Origin: Thermoanaerobaculia bacterium
Lineage (GTDB): Bacteria > Acidobacteriota > Thermoanaerobaculia > Multivoradales > JAHZIX01
Reading direction: 5' to 3'
DNA: 64,000 bases
Assembly: GCA_027069135.1 (NCBI GenBank)
Contig: JALXFE010000073.1
Coordinates: 16,629-80,628, forward strand
Numbering within the stretch: the first letter of the stretch is position 1; every line of letters begins with the position of its first letter. The translations under genes were made by a program, and so were the position numbers. Positions 54,060-63,999 of the stretch are shown here, in pieces. The notes under the pieces were generated by a model. It was not told the DNA's origin, made no database searches, and saw only the letters and a list, made by a program, of their open reading frames with translations.

Positions 54060-55012
54060 CAGTCCTGCTCCTCGAGCCAACGCTCGGCATCGATGGCCGC
54101 GGCACAACCGGAACCCGCGGCAGTGATCGCCTGGCGGTAGGTCGGATCCATCGCGTCACCACACGCGAAAACACCCTCTACGCCCGTCGTGGTGGAGGGG
54201 GACTTCACCTCGATGTAGCCGACTTCATCGAGGTCGAGCTGACCTTCGAAAATCTCGGTATTGGGCTTGTGGCCGATGGCCATGAAGATGCCCTGGGTTT
54301 GGAAGGTACTCTCCTCGCCGGTCTTCGTATCCTTGAGCCGAAGGGCATGGACACCTTCCTTCCGGCTGCCGAGGATCTCCGCCACATTCTTGTTCCAGAG
54401 GAATTCCACCTTATCGTTCTTGAGCGCCCGTTCCTGCATGATCTTCGAGGCCCGAAGCTCCTCGCGGCGATGGATGACGGTGACCTTGGAAGCGAATTTC
54501 GTCAGGTAGGTCGCTTCTTCCATGGCGGAATCACCGCCGCCGACCACGGCGATCTCCTTCCCCTTGAAGAAGAAACCGTCGCAGGTGGCGCAGGCGGAGA
54601 CCCCGTAACCCATCAGGTGCTCTTCGGAAGGTAGCCCGAGAAGGCGGGCCGCCGCACCGGTAGCGATGATGAGCGAATCCGCCAGATACTGCCCCTCGTC
54701 AGTGCGGATCGTGAAGGGACGCTTGGAGAGGTCCACCTCGTTGGCGAGCTCGAATTTCACCGAAGCACCGAAGCGTTGCACCTGCTGCCGCATCCGGTCC
54801 ATGAGCTCCGGGCCGAGGATTCCTTGAGGGAAGCCCGGGAAATTCTCCACATCCGTCGTGATGGTCAGCTGACCTCCCGGTTGCAGGCCTTCCAGCACCA
54901 GGGGCTCGAGACCGGCTCGGGCGTTGTACAGGGCGGCGGTGAGGCCGGCGGGGCCGGATCCGAGGATGACGACGCGGTGGCGAGTTGGATCTTGTGCAGT
55001 GTCTGCAGACAT
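54059..55012 (-). CDS. trxB: Thioredoxin-disulfide reductase
   Basis: [34 protein letters not shown] (CxxC), [24 protein letters not shown]. Start taken at ATG 55012. Confidence 0.98.
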   Translation of the reverse strand: MSADTAQDPTRHRVVILGSGPAGLTAALYNARAGLEPLVLEGLQPGGQLTITTDVENFPGFPQGILGPELMDRMRQQVQRFGASVKFELANEVDLSKRPFTIRTDEGQYLADSLIIATGAAARLLGLPSEEHLMGYGVSACATCDGFFFKGKEIAVVGGGDSAMEEATYLTKFASKVTVIHRREELRASKIMQERALKNDKVEFLWNKNVAEILGSRKEGVHALRLKDTKTGEESTFQTQGIFMAIGHKPNTEIFEGQLDLDEVGYIEVKSPSTTTGVEGVFACGDAMDPTYRQAITAAGSGCAAAIDAERWLEEQD

Positions 55013-55173
55013 ATCTTTGGGGTGCTCCTGATGCTTTTTGGGAGAGCGGCGGGCAAACATCGCCGGGGTTCAACGGAGGGCGGAAGTATACCAGCGCTTC
55101 GAGCTGCTGGCAGCCCACGACCCGTACCGCTACAATCCACCGCGGCCCGACCACCGGGCCTTCAGGAGGTTGT

Positions 55174-56556
55174 GTGGCCATCAGTGTATTCGATCTGTTC
55201 TCTATCGGTATCGGTCCCTCGAGCTCCCACACGGTAGGGCCCATGCGGGCAGCTTTGATGTTCGTTCAGCGGTTGGAACGTCGAGGAATGTCAGCTCGCG
55301 TCGCTCGGCTCCGGGTGGAGCTCTACGGCTCCTTGGCGCTCACCGGCAAAGGGCACGGCACGGACCGGGCAGTACTTTTGGGACTTCTCGGAGAAACGCC
55401 CCAGGGGATCGATCCGGACACTTCGGAAGATCGCCTGGCAGCTCAAAAGGAGCGGGGCATTCTCGAGCTTCCGGGAGGTTTCTCAGTGCCTTTTAAGGAG
55501 AAGAGAGACCTCCTCTTCCACCGTCGACAATCGCTGCCGGCCCACCCCAACGGAATGCGGTTCACCGCCTGGGAGGAGGGTCGGGAGGACCCTTTGGAAG
55601 AGAGGATCTATTACTCCATCGGCGGCGGCTTCGTGGCCAACGAAGTGGCGGCGGACGAAGATCGTCTGGTGCCGGACCGCACCGAGCATCCCTTGCCCTT
55701 CACCAGCGGTGCCGAGCTCCTGGCCCTCGGGGAGGAGCGAGGCTTAGCCTTCCATCAGATCATGCTCGAGAACGAGCGGGTCTGGCGCTCCGAGGAGGAG
55801 ATTCGCCGAGGGCTGCTCGATATTTGGCAGGCGATGCAGGCCTGCGTGCGTCGGGGGATTCGCCAGCGGGGAGTCCTCCCGGGTGCGCTCAAAGTACCTC
55901 GCCGCGCTCCCCGCCTCTACGAAGAGCTATGCCAGAGGCCGGAGGAGGGCCTCTCAGATCCGCTGACGGTCCTCGATTGGGTGAACCTCTACGCTCTGGC
56001 GGTCAACGAAGAGAACGCCGCCGGTGGCAAGGTCGTCACCGCTCCCACCAACGGCGCCGCGGGCATCCTGCCGGCGGTTCTGCACTACTACCACCGCTTT
56101 GTACCCGGAGCCGATGACGAAGGGGTCTTGAGATTCCTCCTCACCGCCGGAGCTATCGCCTTGCTTTTCAAGGAGAACGCCTCGATCTCCGGGGCGGAAG
56201 TTGGCTGTCAGGGAGAGATCGGCGTCGCCTGCTCGATGGCGGCGGCGGGGCTGGTGGCCGCCCTCGGCGGCTCCAACCGGCAGATCGAGAACGCTGCCGA
56301 GATCGGCATGGAGCACAATTTAGGGCTAACCTGCGATCCGGTCGCGGGCCTGGTGCAGATTCCTTGCATCGAGCGCAACGCCATGGGGGCCGTCAAGGCA
56401 ATCAACGCAGCGCGCATCGCCCGCCGGGGCGACGGTGCGCAGAAGGTCAGCTTGGACAAGGTCATCAAGACCATGCGCCAGACCGGGGCCGACATGAAGA
56501 CCAAGTACAAGGAGACCTCGCGCGGGGGGCTCGCCATCAACGTCATCGAGTGCTAG
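55174..56556 (+). CDS. sdaA: L-serine ammonia-lyase (Fe-S dependent)
   Basis: [68 protein letters not shown]; GTG 55174 with AGGAGG SD. Confidence 0.97.
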   Translation: MAISVFDLFSIGIGPSSSHTVGPMRAALMFVQRLERRGMSARVARLRVELYGSLALTGKGHGTDRAVLLGLLGETPQGIDPDTSEDRLAAQKERGILELPGGFSVPFKEKRDLLFHRRQSLPAHPNGMRFTAWEEGREDPLEERIYYSIGGGFVANEVAADEDRLVPDRTEHPLPFTSGAELLALGEERGLAFHQIMLENERVWRSEEEIRRGLLDIWQAMQACVRRGIRQRGVLPGALKVPRRAPRLYEELCQRPEEGLSDPLTVLDWVNLYALAVNEENAAGGKVVTAPTNGAAGILPAVLHYYHRFVPGADDEGVLRFLLTAGAIALLFKENASISGAEVGCQGEIGVACSMAAAGLVAALGGSNRQIENAAEIGMEHNLGLTCDPVAGLVQIPCIERNAMGAVKAINAARIARRGDGAQKVSLDKVIKTMRQTGADMKTKYKETSRGGLAINVIEC

Positions 56557-56568
56557 ATCGAGTGCTAG
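56545..56568. repeat. Perfect 2 x 12 bp tandem duplication spanning the sdaA stop codon
   Basis: ATCGAGTGCTAG at 56545 and 56557. Confidence 0.9.
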
Positions 56569-56575
56569 GTCGGTT

Positions 56576-57541
56576 CTAGGAGACCATCCCCGGCTGGAGC
56601 AGGCCTTCGGCGATGCGCAGAGCGTTGAGGGCGCTGCCCAGGGTCAGGTTGTCGACCACGGCCCAGAGGCGATAGATACCGGCGGCGCCGGGCTCGCGGA
56701 CGATCTCTCCGATGACCATTTCGTCCTGGGAGGCGATGTCGATGGGGCCGAGAAGGGGCTCCTCGTCCTCCAGACGCAGAACCGGGCTGGCCTCGAGAGC
56801 TTCCCGCACGGCAGCCTCACCAGGATCATCCCGGAGGCGCACGAAGAGACTGACGGAGATGCCGTGGAAGATGCCCCCTTGGAGGACGTGGAGAGCGATC
56901 TCCGCGTCGGTGCCGAGGAGATTCCGGGTTTGGGCTCCGAGACCGGGGAGAGGGCAGGCCAGGGGCAGAAGATTGAAGGCCAATTGCCGTTGAAACACGT
57001 CTTCCGGCCGGTCGCCGGAGAAGACCAGGATCCGGCGGGTCTGTTCGAAAAGCTCGTCGACGCCCGCTTCGTCGTACATGGAAGCCGGCTGCACGACCGT
57101 CGCGACGGCCGTCGTGGGGCCAAAGGCGGCGAGGGGGTAGAGCAGGTGGCAAATCGCCACCACGGCCGGGTGAGGACTGACGAGAATCCCGCCTTCGGCC
57201 AGGGCCGCGGCATTGATTCCAGCGATCGCGGCAGGACCGTCGGTCTCCTCGGCGTCGGGAGCCAGGAGGATGCCGGTCGCGGTCCCCGGGATGGCCTCTA
57301 AAGCCGGCCCGAGGTTGTCTCTCGGGCCACAGAGGAAAACCACCTCCGCATCTTGCAACAGTTCCCCATCAAATTCCTGAACGACGACGGCACCGCCCGC
57401 GACCTCCGTTAGGCGCCCGGCCTCGTCCGGGTGGGTCGAGAGCAGGCGCAGGTCCTGCCACAGATCCCGACGCGCTCCGAGGCGGTCCCGAAGCTCCTTC
57501 CCGACCAAGGTCGAGGGGTTGATGATGGCCAATACGCTCAC
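56576..57541 (-). CDS. Aspartate-semialdehyde dehydrogenase-like protein, apparently catalytically inactive
   Basis: Asd fold landmarks ([36 protein letters not shown]), but SPHPAV in place of NPNCST and no GxxG dinucleotide motif. Confidence 0.8.
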   Translation of the reverse strand: MSVLAIINPSTLVGKELRDRLGARRDLWQDLRLLSTHPDEAGRLTEVAGGAVVVQEFDGELLQDAEVVFLCGPRDNLGPALEAIPGTATGILLAPDAEETDGPAAIAGINAAALAEGGILVSPHPAVVAICHLLYPLAAFGPTTAVATVVQPASMYDEAGVDELFEQTRRILVFSGDRPEDVFQRQLAFNLLPLACPLPGLGAQTRNLLGTDAEIALHVLQGGIFHGISVSLFVRLRDDPGEAAVREALEASPVLRLEDEEPLLGPIDIASQDEMVIGEIVREPGAAGIYRLWAVVDNLTLGSALNALRIAEGLLQPGMVS

Positions 57542-57551
57542 GGGTGCTCCT

Positions 57552-58352
57552 TCATTCGTGCTCTTCCACCGGAGGCTTCGCCGTCGCTTGATCTTCGCTG
57601 CCGGAAGTCGGTCTGCGGAGGCGGTTGATCAGCCATAGGGTGGGTGGCGGCGCAGTGTACAGAATTGCCATCGAAAGGAAAAAGGCTTCCGGTCGCAACG
57701 CGACCATCGTGACGATGGCGAACATGGGCAAGACCACCCGGTAGCTCCAGGGGCGGCGCAGGTCGAATCTCTTGAAGCTGAGATAGCGGAAGGTCGAGAC
57801 CATCAAAGCCCCCAGGGCGATGAGGGATGCCAAGACGACCACGGTTAAGACCTTGCTCCAAAAGGCGGGGACTTCGCCGAGGGAGGGGAAGGCGAAGATG
57901 ATCGAGCTGAAGGAGCAGGCTGCCGCCGGGGCCGGCATGCCGACGAAGAAGCGGCTGTCCGCAGGCCCGTCCTGGATGTTGAACCGAGCCAGCCGCGTGG
58001 CACAGCAGACGACGAAGAAGAGGGGCACGATCCAGCCGACTCGGGGAAGCTCCTGCAAGCCCCAGAAGAAGGCCAGGAGCGCCGGGGCCGTCCCGAAGGT
58101 CGTCAGATCGGCCAAGGAATCGTATTCCCGGCCGAAATCGCTCTCGGTGTGGGTCATGCGAGCGATTCGGCCGTCGAGCATATCGATGACCGTGGCGATG
58201 AAGATCATGGCGGCAGCGGTCGCAAAGCGCTCCCTAAACCCTAGGATGATGGCGTAGAAGCCCAGCAGAAGGTTGCCGGTGGTAAAGAGGCTCGGCAGGA
58301 TGAAGACACTCTTTCGTAGCCGCTGCTGTAGCCCCTTGGAAGGTCGTCTCAC
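57552..58352 (-). CDS. pssA: CDP-diacylglycerol--serine O-phosphatidyltransferase
   Basis: LPSLFTTGNL; CDP-alcohol motif DMLDGRIARMTHTESDFGREYDSLAD; RLARFN; FVGMPAP. Confidence 0.95.
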   Translation of the reverse strand: MRRPSKGLQQRLRKSVFILPSLFTTGNLLLGFYAIILGFRERFATAAAMIFIATVIDMLDGRIARMTHTESDFGREYDSLADLTTFGTAPALLAFFWGLQELPRVGWIVPLFFVVCCATRLARFNIQDGPADSRFFVGMPAPAAACSFSSIIFAFPSLGEVPAFWSKVLTVVVLASLIALGALMVSTFRYLSFKRFDLRRPWSYRVVLPMFAIVTMVALRPEAFFLSMAILYTAPPPTLWLINRLRRPTSGSEDQATAKPPVEEHE

Positions 58353-59002
58353 GATCCTGCTCCCGAGCTCTCGGGGCCGCCCCGGGCCATCACCGTCTCG
58401 CCGTTGCGCATACGGTCCCCCTTCTTGACCAGGACCTCATAGGAAGCCGGTACCAGCAGATCTACCCGAGAGCCGAACTTGATCAGACCCAGAGATTCTC
58501 CCCGGGCGACTTGCTGGCCGGGGTGCAGACGGCAGACGATGCGCCGAGCGATGAGGCCGACGATTTGCCGGATGCCGATGCGATCTCCGCCCTGTCGCCG
58601 GATGACCGTCAGATGCCGTTCGTTGATGCGGTCCAGGCCTTTCTTGAAGGCGGCTTCCTTGCGGCCGCTGGTGAGCTGTGAGTGGGTGACTTCCCCCGCC
58701 ACCGGAGTACGTTGAACGTGGACGTTGAACACCGAGAGGAAGGTCACGATACGGATGTAGTCGCCGGTCCCGACCTCCGGATCTTGGACCGTATCGATGG
58801 AGAGGATGACGCCGTCTGCCGGAGCCAAGACAGCTTCGGCGTCACCGTCGTAGTGGCGATGGGGGTCGCGAAAAAAGAGCAGGATCAGGATCGCCAACAC
58901 CACCACGGCGATCACTGCCGGCCAATACCGGAACCACCCCAAGGCCGCTGCAAGCCCCAGCAACGGCAGCACGAAGGGCCAGGCCTCTTTGGCGAATTTC
59001 AT
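58349..59002 (-). CDS. psd: Phosphatidylserine decarboxylase proenzyme
   Basis: FFRDP, APADG, FLSVFNVHV, QIVGLIARRI, GLIKFGSRVD (Gly-Ser cleavage). Confidence 0.96.
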   Translation of the reverse strand: MKFAKEAWPFVLPLLGLAAALGWFRYWPAVIAVVVLAILILLFFRDPHRHYDGDAEAVLAPADGVILSIDTVQDPEVGTGDYIRIVTFLSVFNVHVQRTPVAGEVTHSQLTSGRKEAAFKKGLDRINERHLTVIRRQGGDRIGIRQIVGLIARRIVCRLHPGQQVARGESLGLIKFGSRVDLLVPASYEVLVKKGDRMRNGETVMARGGPESSGAGS

Positions 59003-59182
59003 CGATCTTCCCTCGTGAGGGAGAGCAGCCTCCCGGTTATCTTCAGTTTTTCTTGAAACAGGTTGGCTCCCACGCCGTCGAGCCTACTCTCAAAAAGACT
59101 TCGAGAGGGGACAAAAACCCCCTCTCGAGACTTATCCATTCCCTCTGAATTCGCCCCCCCCGGCCCTTCCGGGAGGGGAGCC

Positions 59183-59419
59183 CTATACGGCGGAAGCGGT
59201 GGCGGCGGAACGCATCCGCAGCATCTCTTCCATCTGGTCTTTCAATCGAAGCTTGTGCAGCTTGATCCGTTTCTCCTCGATCTCGTCCTCTGGGGAACGC
59301 AGCGACTTTCGGCAAAGCTGATCCAATCGCCGTTCGGAATCCTGGTGCTCGTCCAGCAAACGGCGGAATGCGTCGTCGGTTTCGGCCAGCTCTTCCTTGA
59401 GCGCGGAACGTTCGGACAT
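59183..59419 (-). CDS. YdcH/DUF465-family small coiled-coil protein
   Basis: MSERSALKEEL..DAFRRLLDEHQ..EEKRIKLHKLRLKDQM; SD AAGGAGG. Confidence 0.85.
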   Translation of the reverse strand: MSERSALKEELAETDDAFRRLLDEHQDSERRLDQLCRKSLRSPEDEIEEKRIKLHKLRLKDQMEEMLRMRSAATASAV

Positions 59420-59459
59420 ACTCTCATCCTCCTTCTCGGTCGGGAAGTTCGGTCTGGAA

Positions 59460-59596
59460 GTGATGTCTCCGCCAACGGGGCGGGAAAGGTGAGGTCGAAG
59501 CGCCAACCAGGACGCCCCCGCCGCACCGCATCGAGGGCGGCGATCATCGGGGGGCCATGTTGTGTAAGGCGCCTGAACATCTCGTTGTAGGAGACC
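59460..59596 (-). ncRNA. Candidate rod-shaped structured RNA (6S-like) upstream of the DUF465 gene
   Basis: Non-coding stretch behind a promoter-like TTGATT-17-TATCTT. Minus-strand stems by eye: GUCUCC/GGAGAC, CAACG/CGUUG, GUUCAGGCGCC/GGCGCUUCGAC (with G-U pairs), CGCCGC/GCGGCG, plus an unpaired UUACACAACAU bubble. Confidence 0.35.
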
Positions 59597-59634
59597 AAGA
59601 TACCACCCGATCCGAGGGCAATCAAGGTGTGCGA

Positions 59635-60093
59635 TCAAGGATTCAGCTCCAGGGAATAGATCAGGGCCCGGGAGCCGTCCGGGTAATAGCCGGGTCTTTC
59701 GCCCACTTCTCGAAAGCCCAGGGCGCGGTAGAGGTTCCGCGCGCCTCGGTTGTCGGGGCGGACTTCGAGGAAGCAGACCCGAGCTGAGGCCTCGCGAAGG
59801 CGCCCAAGGCCCGTTCGCAGCAGGTTCCGGGCGAGACCTCGGCGCCGAAGCTCCGGTGCCACCGCGACCCGCAGGAGCTCCGCCTCGTGGGCGCAGATCC
59901 GCCAGGCCGCGTAGCCGGCCAGGGAGGCCTCCTTCGAGGCTCGGGCCAGGAGAAAGAGATCCTCCTGCCGCTGTAGCTCCGCGGCCAGGGCCTCCCGGGT
60001 CCAGGGAGGCTCGAAGCCTTGGGCTTCGAGGTGGGCAAGGTCCTCGAGATCTTCCACGGCAGCGTCGAAGAACGAAAACTCCGATCCTTTCAC
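59635..60093 (-). CDS. rimI: Ribosomal-protein-alanine N-acetyltransferase
   Basis: PWTREAL, EAELLRVAVAPELRRRGLA, FLEVRPDNRGARNLYRALGF..RPGYY. Confidence 0.92.
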   Translation of the reverse strand: MKGSEFSFFDAAVEDLEDLAHLEAQGFEPPWTREALAAELQRQEDLFLLARASKEASLAGYAAWRICAHEAELLRVAVAPELRRRGLARNLLRTGLGRLREASARVCFLEVRPDNRGARNLYRALGFREVGERPGYYPDGSRALIYSLELNP

Positions 60094-60106
60094 CTCCGGG
60101 TTACCG

Positions 60107-60814
60107 TCACCGCTTAGGCCTGGTTACCGAAGGGGGGCGGAAGTAGAGGGGGCGGGTGAGGGCTGCGGCGTCCCAGGGGAGAGATCGTCCGAAAGGTGCC
60201 ATGGCCGCGATAGCGGCGAGCGGTGGCGGTTCCTGCGCTGAGATGCCATTCCAGTCGGCATCTTGTCCCGGGAGGCCGGAAACCCCGAAGCCGAGGACCG
60301 TCGCCGAGGCCTCCGAAGCTTGCGTTGCGAATTCCTTCGTCAATTCAGGAACCTGCGCCGATGAGCATCGCTGAGACGCCGCTAGGGGTTCTCGGGGGTG
60401 GGCCGAAAAGGGCCGGAGAACCCATTCTTCCCGACGGGCGTCGATGGCGGCCACCACGATGCCCTCGGCCCGCGAGGCCCCCGCTAAGACCTCCAGGGTG
60501 GGGAGCGTTCCGGCGGCGATGCCGGTGGCCTGGTGCAGGCCCAGAATCGTCGCCAGGCCCACCCGCAAGCCGGTGAAGCTCCCCGGTCCCGCCAAGGCGA
60601 GGAGCCCGTCCACATCCCGTAGCTTCAAGCCGCTACGTTTCAGAACCTGATCCACCGCCGGCAGGAGTGCGCGGGAGCTGCTCGCCTGAGGCAGAGAGCG
60701 ACTCGCCACCACCTGGCCGTCGATGGCGATCGCGACGCTGACCTGGGGAGAGCCCGTGTCGAGAGCCAAGACCGGCCCGCCGGAATACTCGCCGGAGCGA
60801 GAAGAAGAGAGCAT
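60107..60814 (-). CDS. tsaB: tRNA threonylcarbamoyladenosine biosynthesis protein TsaB
   Basis: VLALDTG, LLPAVDQVL, AGPGSFTGLRVG, AIDARREE, PLYFRP. Confidence 0.93.
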   Translation of the reverse strand: MLSSSRSGEYSGGPVLALDTGSPQVSVAIAIDGQVVASRSLPQASSSRALLPAVDQVLKRSGLKLRDVDGLLALAGPGSFTGLRVGLATILGLHQATGIAAGTLPTLEVLAGASRAEGIVVAAIDARREEWVLRPFSAHPREPLAASQRCSSAQVPELTKEFATQASEASATVLGFGVSGLPGQDADWNGISAQEPPPLAAIAAMAPFGRSLPWDAAALTRPLYFRPPSVTRPKR

Positions 60815-60951
60815 TGGCGGAGTATATGCGTCCCGGACCGGAGCCAGGCGTTGAATCTCCCGTGCAAGTTCGCTACCGTCTCTTTAAAGTCTGGGCCAGC
60901 TCCCGACTCCGAATCCTGAGAGGCCCGAATCCCAAGAGGAATGATCGACCC

Positions 60952-63618
60952 GTGCTCAAACCGCCCGTGCTCAAACCGAAGGTAGCCCAAAGCGCCGACC
61001 GTGATCCGGCGCCCCGCCGTCCGCCCAAGCTGACGCCGATGATGCGCCAGTATCTGGAAGTCAAAGAAGCGCATAAAGACACCATTCTTCTGTACCGCAT
61101 GGGGGATTTCTTCGAGATCTTCTTCGAGGATGCCATAAAGGCGGCACCGATCCTCGAGGTGACTCTGACGGCCCGGCAGAAAGGTACGGAGAACGAGGTT
61201 CCCATGTGCGGCGTGCCGCACCATGCCATCGACGGCTACATCGGCAAGCTGCTCAAGGCCGGGCTGCGGGTGGCGATCTGTGATCAGGTCGAGGATCCGG
61301 CGCAGGCCAAGGGGTTGGTCCGGAGGGAGGTCACCCGGGTGGTGACCCCGGGAACGGTGAGTGAACCGACCCTCCTAGAAGGCAAGGAAGACAACCTCCT
61401 GGCGAGCCTCCTCTGGGAAGGGGAACGCGGCGCCGGCGCCTTCCTCGACGTCTCCACCGGGCGTTTCTTCGTCCGTCGTTGGGAAACTGCGGCGCAAGCG
61501 GTCGACGACCTACGGCTTCAAGCTCCCCGGGAGGCCCTCTACGAGGAAGGCGGCCTGCCGGAGGAGCTCGAGGCTTTTCTCGCAGCGGAGATCCTCTGCC
61601 GAACCTCCCTCGCTTGGGATCGCCTCTTCGATCCCAAGCGAGCGGCCGAGCTTCTGGAGCGTCAGCTCGAAGCTTCCACCCTGCGCGGTTTCGGCCTAGA
61701 TGACCAGGAACCGGCGGTGCGGGCGGCGGCGGCGGCGTTGGCCTACGCCCAAGAAACCCAGCACAGCGACCTGGACCACATCCGGGAGCTCTCGGTGCGT
61801 CAATCCGGGGATGCCCTGATCCTGGATGCGACCACCCTCACCAATCTCGAGGTCTTTCGCAACCTGCGCCAGGGAGGCCGCAAGGGAACCCTGCTTTCCG
61901 TTCTCGACAAGACCGTCACCGCCCCCGGGGGCCGGACCCTGAGGGATTGGCTGCGGCGTCCCCTACGCAGCCCGGAGGCCATCCGGGAGCGCCATCTGGC
62001 GGTGGGGGAGTTGGTCGCTCGGGGAGAAGATCGGACCGAGCTGCGGGAGCTGCTGCGAGAGGTCACGGATCCGGAGCGGCTGCTCTCCCGGGCGGTCTTG
62101 GGCACCTTGGCCCCGAGGGAAGCCGCGGCGCTACGCGACAGCCTGGCCCGGATCCCGGAGATCCTAGAGCGTCTGCGCGGCATGAAGAGTGGCCTGCTGC
62201 TCGAGTTGAGCACGGTGGACCCCCTGGCGGATCTGCACCGCGAGCTGGCTCGGGTGGTCGACGCCGAGCCAGCGGCCACGCTCAAGAACGGTGGGGTCAT
62301 CGCCGCTGGCGTCGACGCCGACCTGGATCATTTCCGGTCTCTGGCCAAGGGAAGCAAGCAGCATATGCTGGGCCTCGAAGCGAGGGAGCGGGAGGCGACC
62401 GGCATCACCTCGCTCAAAATCCGCTACAACAAGGTTTTCGGGTACTACCTGGAGGTGACCAAGGCCAACCAGCACCTGGTGCCGGATCATTACGTGCGCA
62501 AGCAGACCTTGGTCAACGCCGAGCGCTACATCACGCCGGAAATCAAGGAGCTGGAGGATGAGGTCCTCAACGCCGAGGAACGGCAGCTGGCCCTCGAGGA
62601 AGAGATCTACCGAGCCCTCGTCGGCCGGGTCGCCGAGGCCCGGGGTCTGCGGGACCTAGCCCAAGCTCTGGGCCGGCTCGATACCCTGGCAGCCCTGGCC
62701 GAAGTCGCCGTCACGAAACGCTACACCCAACCCACCATGGAGGCTCTGGGCTCTCCTCTCATGGTCAAGGAAGGCCGCCATCCGGTGGTGGAGGGGTCGA
62801 CTCAGGAGCCCTTCGTCCCCAACGACATCGAGCTCGATTCCGAAAGCTCCCAGATCGTGCTTCTTACGGGGCCCAATATGGGGGGCAAATCCACCTACTT
62901 ACGACAGGTCGCGTTGATCGCCTTGATGGCGCAGGCAGGAAGTTGGGTGCCCGCCGAGCAGGCCACCCTCGGGGTGGTGGACCGCATCTTTACCCGGGTC
63001 GGCGCCAGCGACGACCTGGCCCGGGGCGAGTCGACCTTTATGGTGGAGATGATCGAAACGGCGAATATCCTCCATCACGCGACGGAGAATAGCCTGGTCG
63101 TGCTCGACGAGGTGGGCCGCGGCACGGCCACCTTCGACGGTCTATCCTTGGCCTGGGCCATCGTCGAGTACCTCCACGAGCACCGCCGTCCCAAGACTCT
63201 CTTCGCGACCCACTACCACGAGCTCACGGAGCTCGCGACGATGCTGCCGCGGATCGTCAACCGGACCCTCTCGGTCAAGGAGTGGGGGGAGCGGATCATC
63301 TTCCTGCGCCGGGTGATCCCCGGTGCCGCGGCCAAGAGCTTCGGTATTCAAGTGGCCCGCCTCGCCGGCCTGCCGTCCAGCGTGCTCGAACGGGCGACGG
63401 AAGTCCTCGCCAACCTGGAAGCCCAGGAGTACGACGTCGCTGGCAAACCGACCCGTGCCCGGGGCCACGCCCCGGAAGCCCCACCACCCCCTCAGATGAG
63501 CCTCTTCACCCCCATCGAGACCACCGTCGCCGAGCTTCTGCGGGATGCCGACCTCGACCAGCTCACGCCGCTGGCAGCCCTGAATCTGCTCCACAGCCTG
63601 AAGTCCCGCCTGGGGTAA
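60952..63618 (+). CDS. mutS: DNA mismatch repair protein MutS (start uncertain; ORF open from 60814)
   Basis: TPMMRQY, YRMGDFFEIF, PMCGVP, GRHPVVE, TGPNMGGKSTY, FTRVGASDDL..STFMVEM, DEVGRGT, ATHYHEL, SFGIQVARLAG. Confidence 0.98.
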   Translation: MLKPPVLKPKVAQSADRDPAPRRPPKLTPMMRQYLEVKEAHKDTILLYRMGDFFEIFFEDAIKAAPILEVTLTARQKGTENEVPMCGVPHHAIDGYIGKLLKAGLRVAICDQVEDPAQAKGLVRREVTRVVTPGTVSEPTLLEGKEDNLLASLLWEGERGAGAFLDVSTGRFFVRRWETAAQAVDDLRLQAPREALYEEGGLPEELEAFLAAEILCRTSLAWDRLFDPKRAAELLERQLEASTLRGFGLDDQEPAVRAAAAALAYAQETQHSDLDHIRELSVRQSGDALILDATTLTNLEVFRNLRQGGRKGTLLSVLDKTVTAPGGRTLRDWLRRPLRSPEAIRERHLAVGELVARGEDRTELRELLREVTDPERLLSRAVLGTLAPREAAALRDSLARIPEILERLRGMKSGLLLELSTVDPLADLHRELARVVDAEPAATLKNGGVIAAGVDADLDHFRSLAKGSKQHMLGLEAREREATGITSLKIRYNKVFGYYLEVTKANQHLVPDHYVRKQTLVNAERYITPEIKELEDEVLNAEERQLALEEEIYRALVGRVAEARGLRDLAQALGRLDTLAALAEVAVTKRYTQPTMEALGSPLMVKEGRHPVVEGSTQEPFVPNDIELDSESSQIVLLTGPNMGGKSTYLRQVALIALMAQAGSWVPAEQATLGVVDRIFTRVGASDDLARGESTFMVEMIETANILHHATENSLVVLDEVGRGTATFDGLSLAWAIVEYLHEHRRPKTLFATHYHELTELATMLPRIVNRTLSVKEWGERIIFLRRVIPGAAAKSFGIQVARLAGLPSSVLERATEVLANLEAQEYDVAGKPTRARGHAPEAPPPPQMSLFTPIETTVAELLRDADLDQLTPLAALNLLHSLKSRLG

Positions 63619-63637
63619 TCCGTCGTAAGAAATTATC

Positions 63638-63653
63638 GTAGGGGCGCCCCTAC
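63638..63653. repeat. Perfect 16-bp palindrome GTAGGGGCGCCCCTAC (GTAG REP-like) between convergent mutS and ssb
   Basis: Read directly; GTAG/CTAC ends. Confidence 0.75.
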
Positions 63654-63664
63654 AAGACCCGTGA

Positions 63665-63717
63665 CGGCCAGAAATTGACCGGCCAGAAATGGACCGGCCC
63701 GGAAGGGGACGGCCCGG
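63665..63717. repeat. Degenerate 15-bp tandem repeat
   Basis: CGGCCAGAAATTGAC / CGGCCAGAAATGGAC / CGGCCCGGAAGGGGA / CGGCCCGG. Confidence 0.7.
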
Positions 63718-63735
63718 GTGGGATGATTCCGGCGG

Positions 63736-63999
63736 CTAGAACGGAATATCGTCGTCCCCGAAGTCGGCGCCGTCCGAACCCGGAGCCGAGCCGCCGTCTG
63801 CGCCGCCCTCACCGGAAGGGCTTCCGCTGGCCTCACCGGAGGCGCCCCCGCCGCCACCGTAGGAACCGCCGCCACCACCGCCTCCACCGTAGGAGCCTCC
63901 ACCGCCACCGCCGTAGGAGCCACCACCACCGCCGTAGCCCCCGCCACCGCCGCCGCCATCGCGACCACCGAGCATTTTGAAGTACTCACAAACGATTTC
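63736..63999 (-). CDS. ssb: Single-stranded DNA-binding protein, 3' part (runs off the window)
   Basis: EIVCEYFKMLGGR (end of OB fold), Gly-rich linker, canonical C-terminal DDDIPF. Confidence 0.92.
   Translation of the reverse strand, partial: EIVCEYFKMLGGRDGGGGGGGYGGGGGSYGGGGGGSYGGGGGGGGSYGGGGGASGEASGSPSGEGGADGGSAPGSDGADFGDDDIPF

Noticed and set aside
63800-63960. GGC/GGT-rich repeat in ssb as a special element
   Set aside because: Encodes the ordinary Gly-rich intrinsically disordered linker of SSB.
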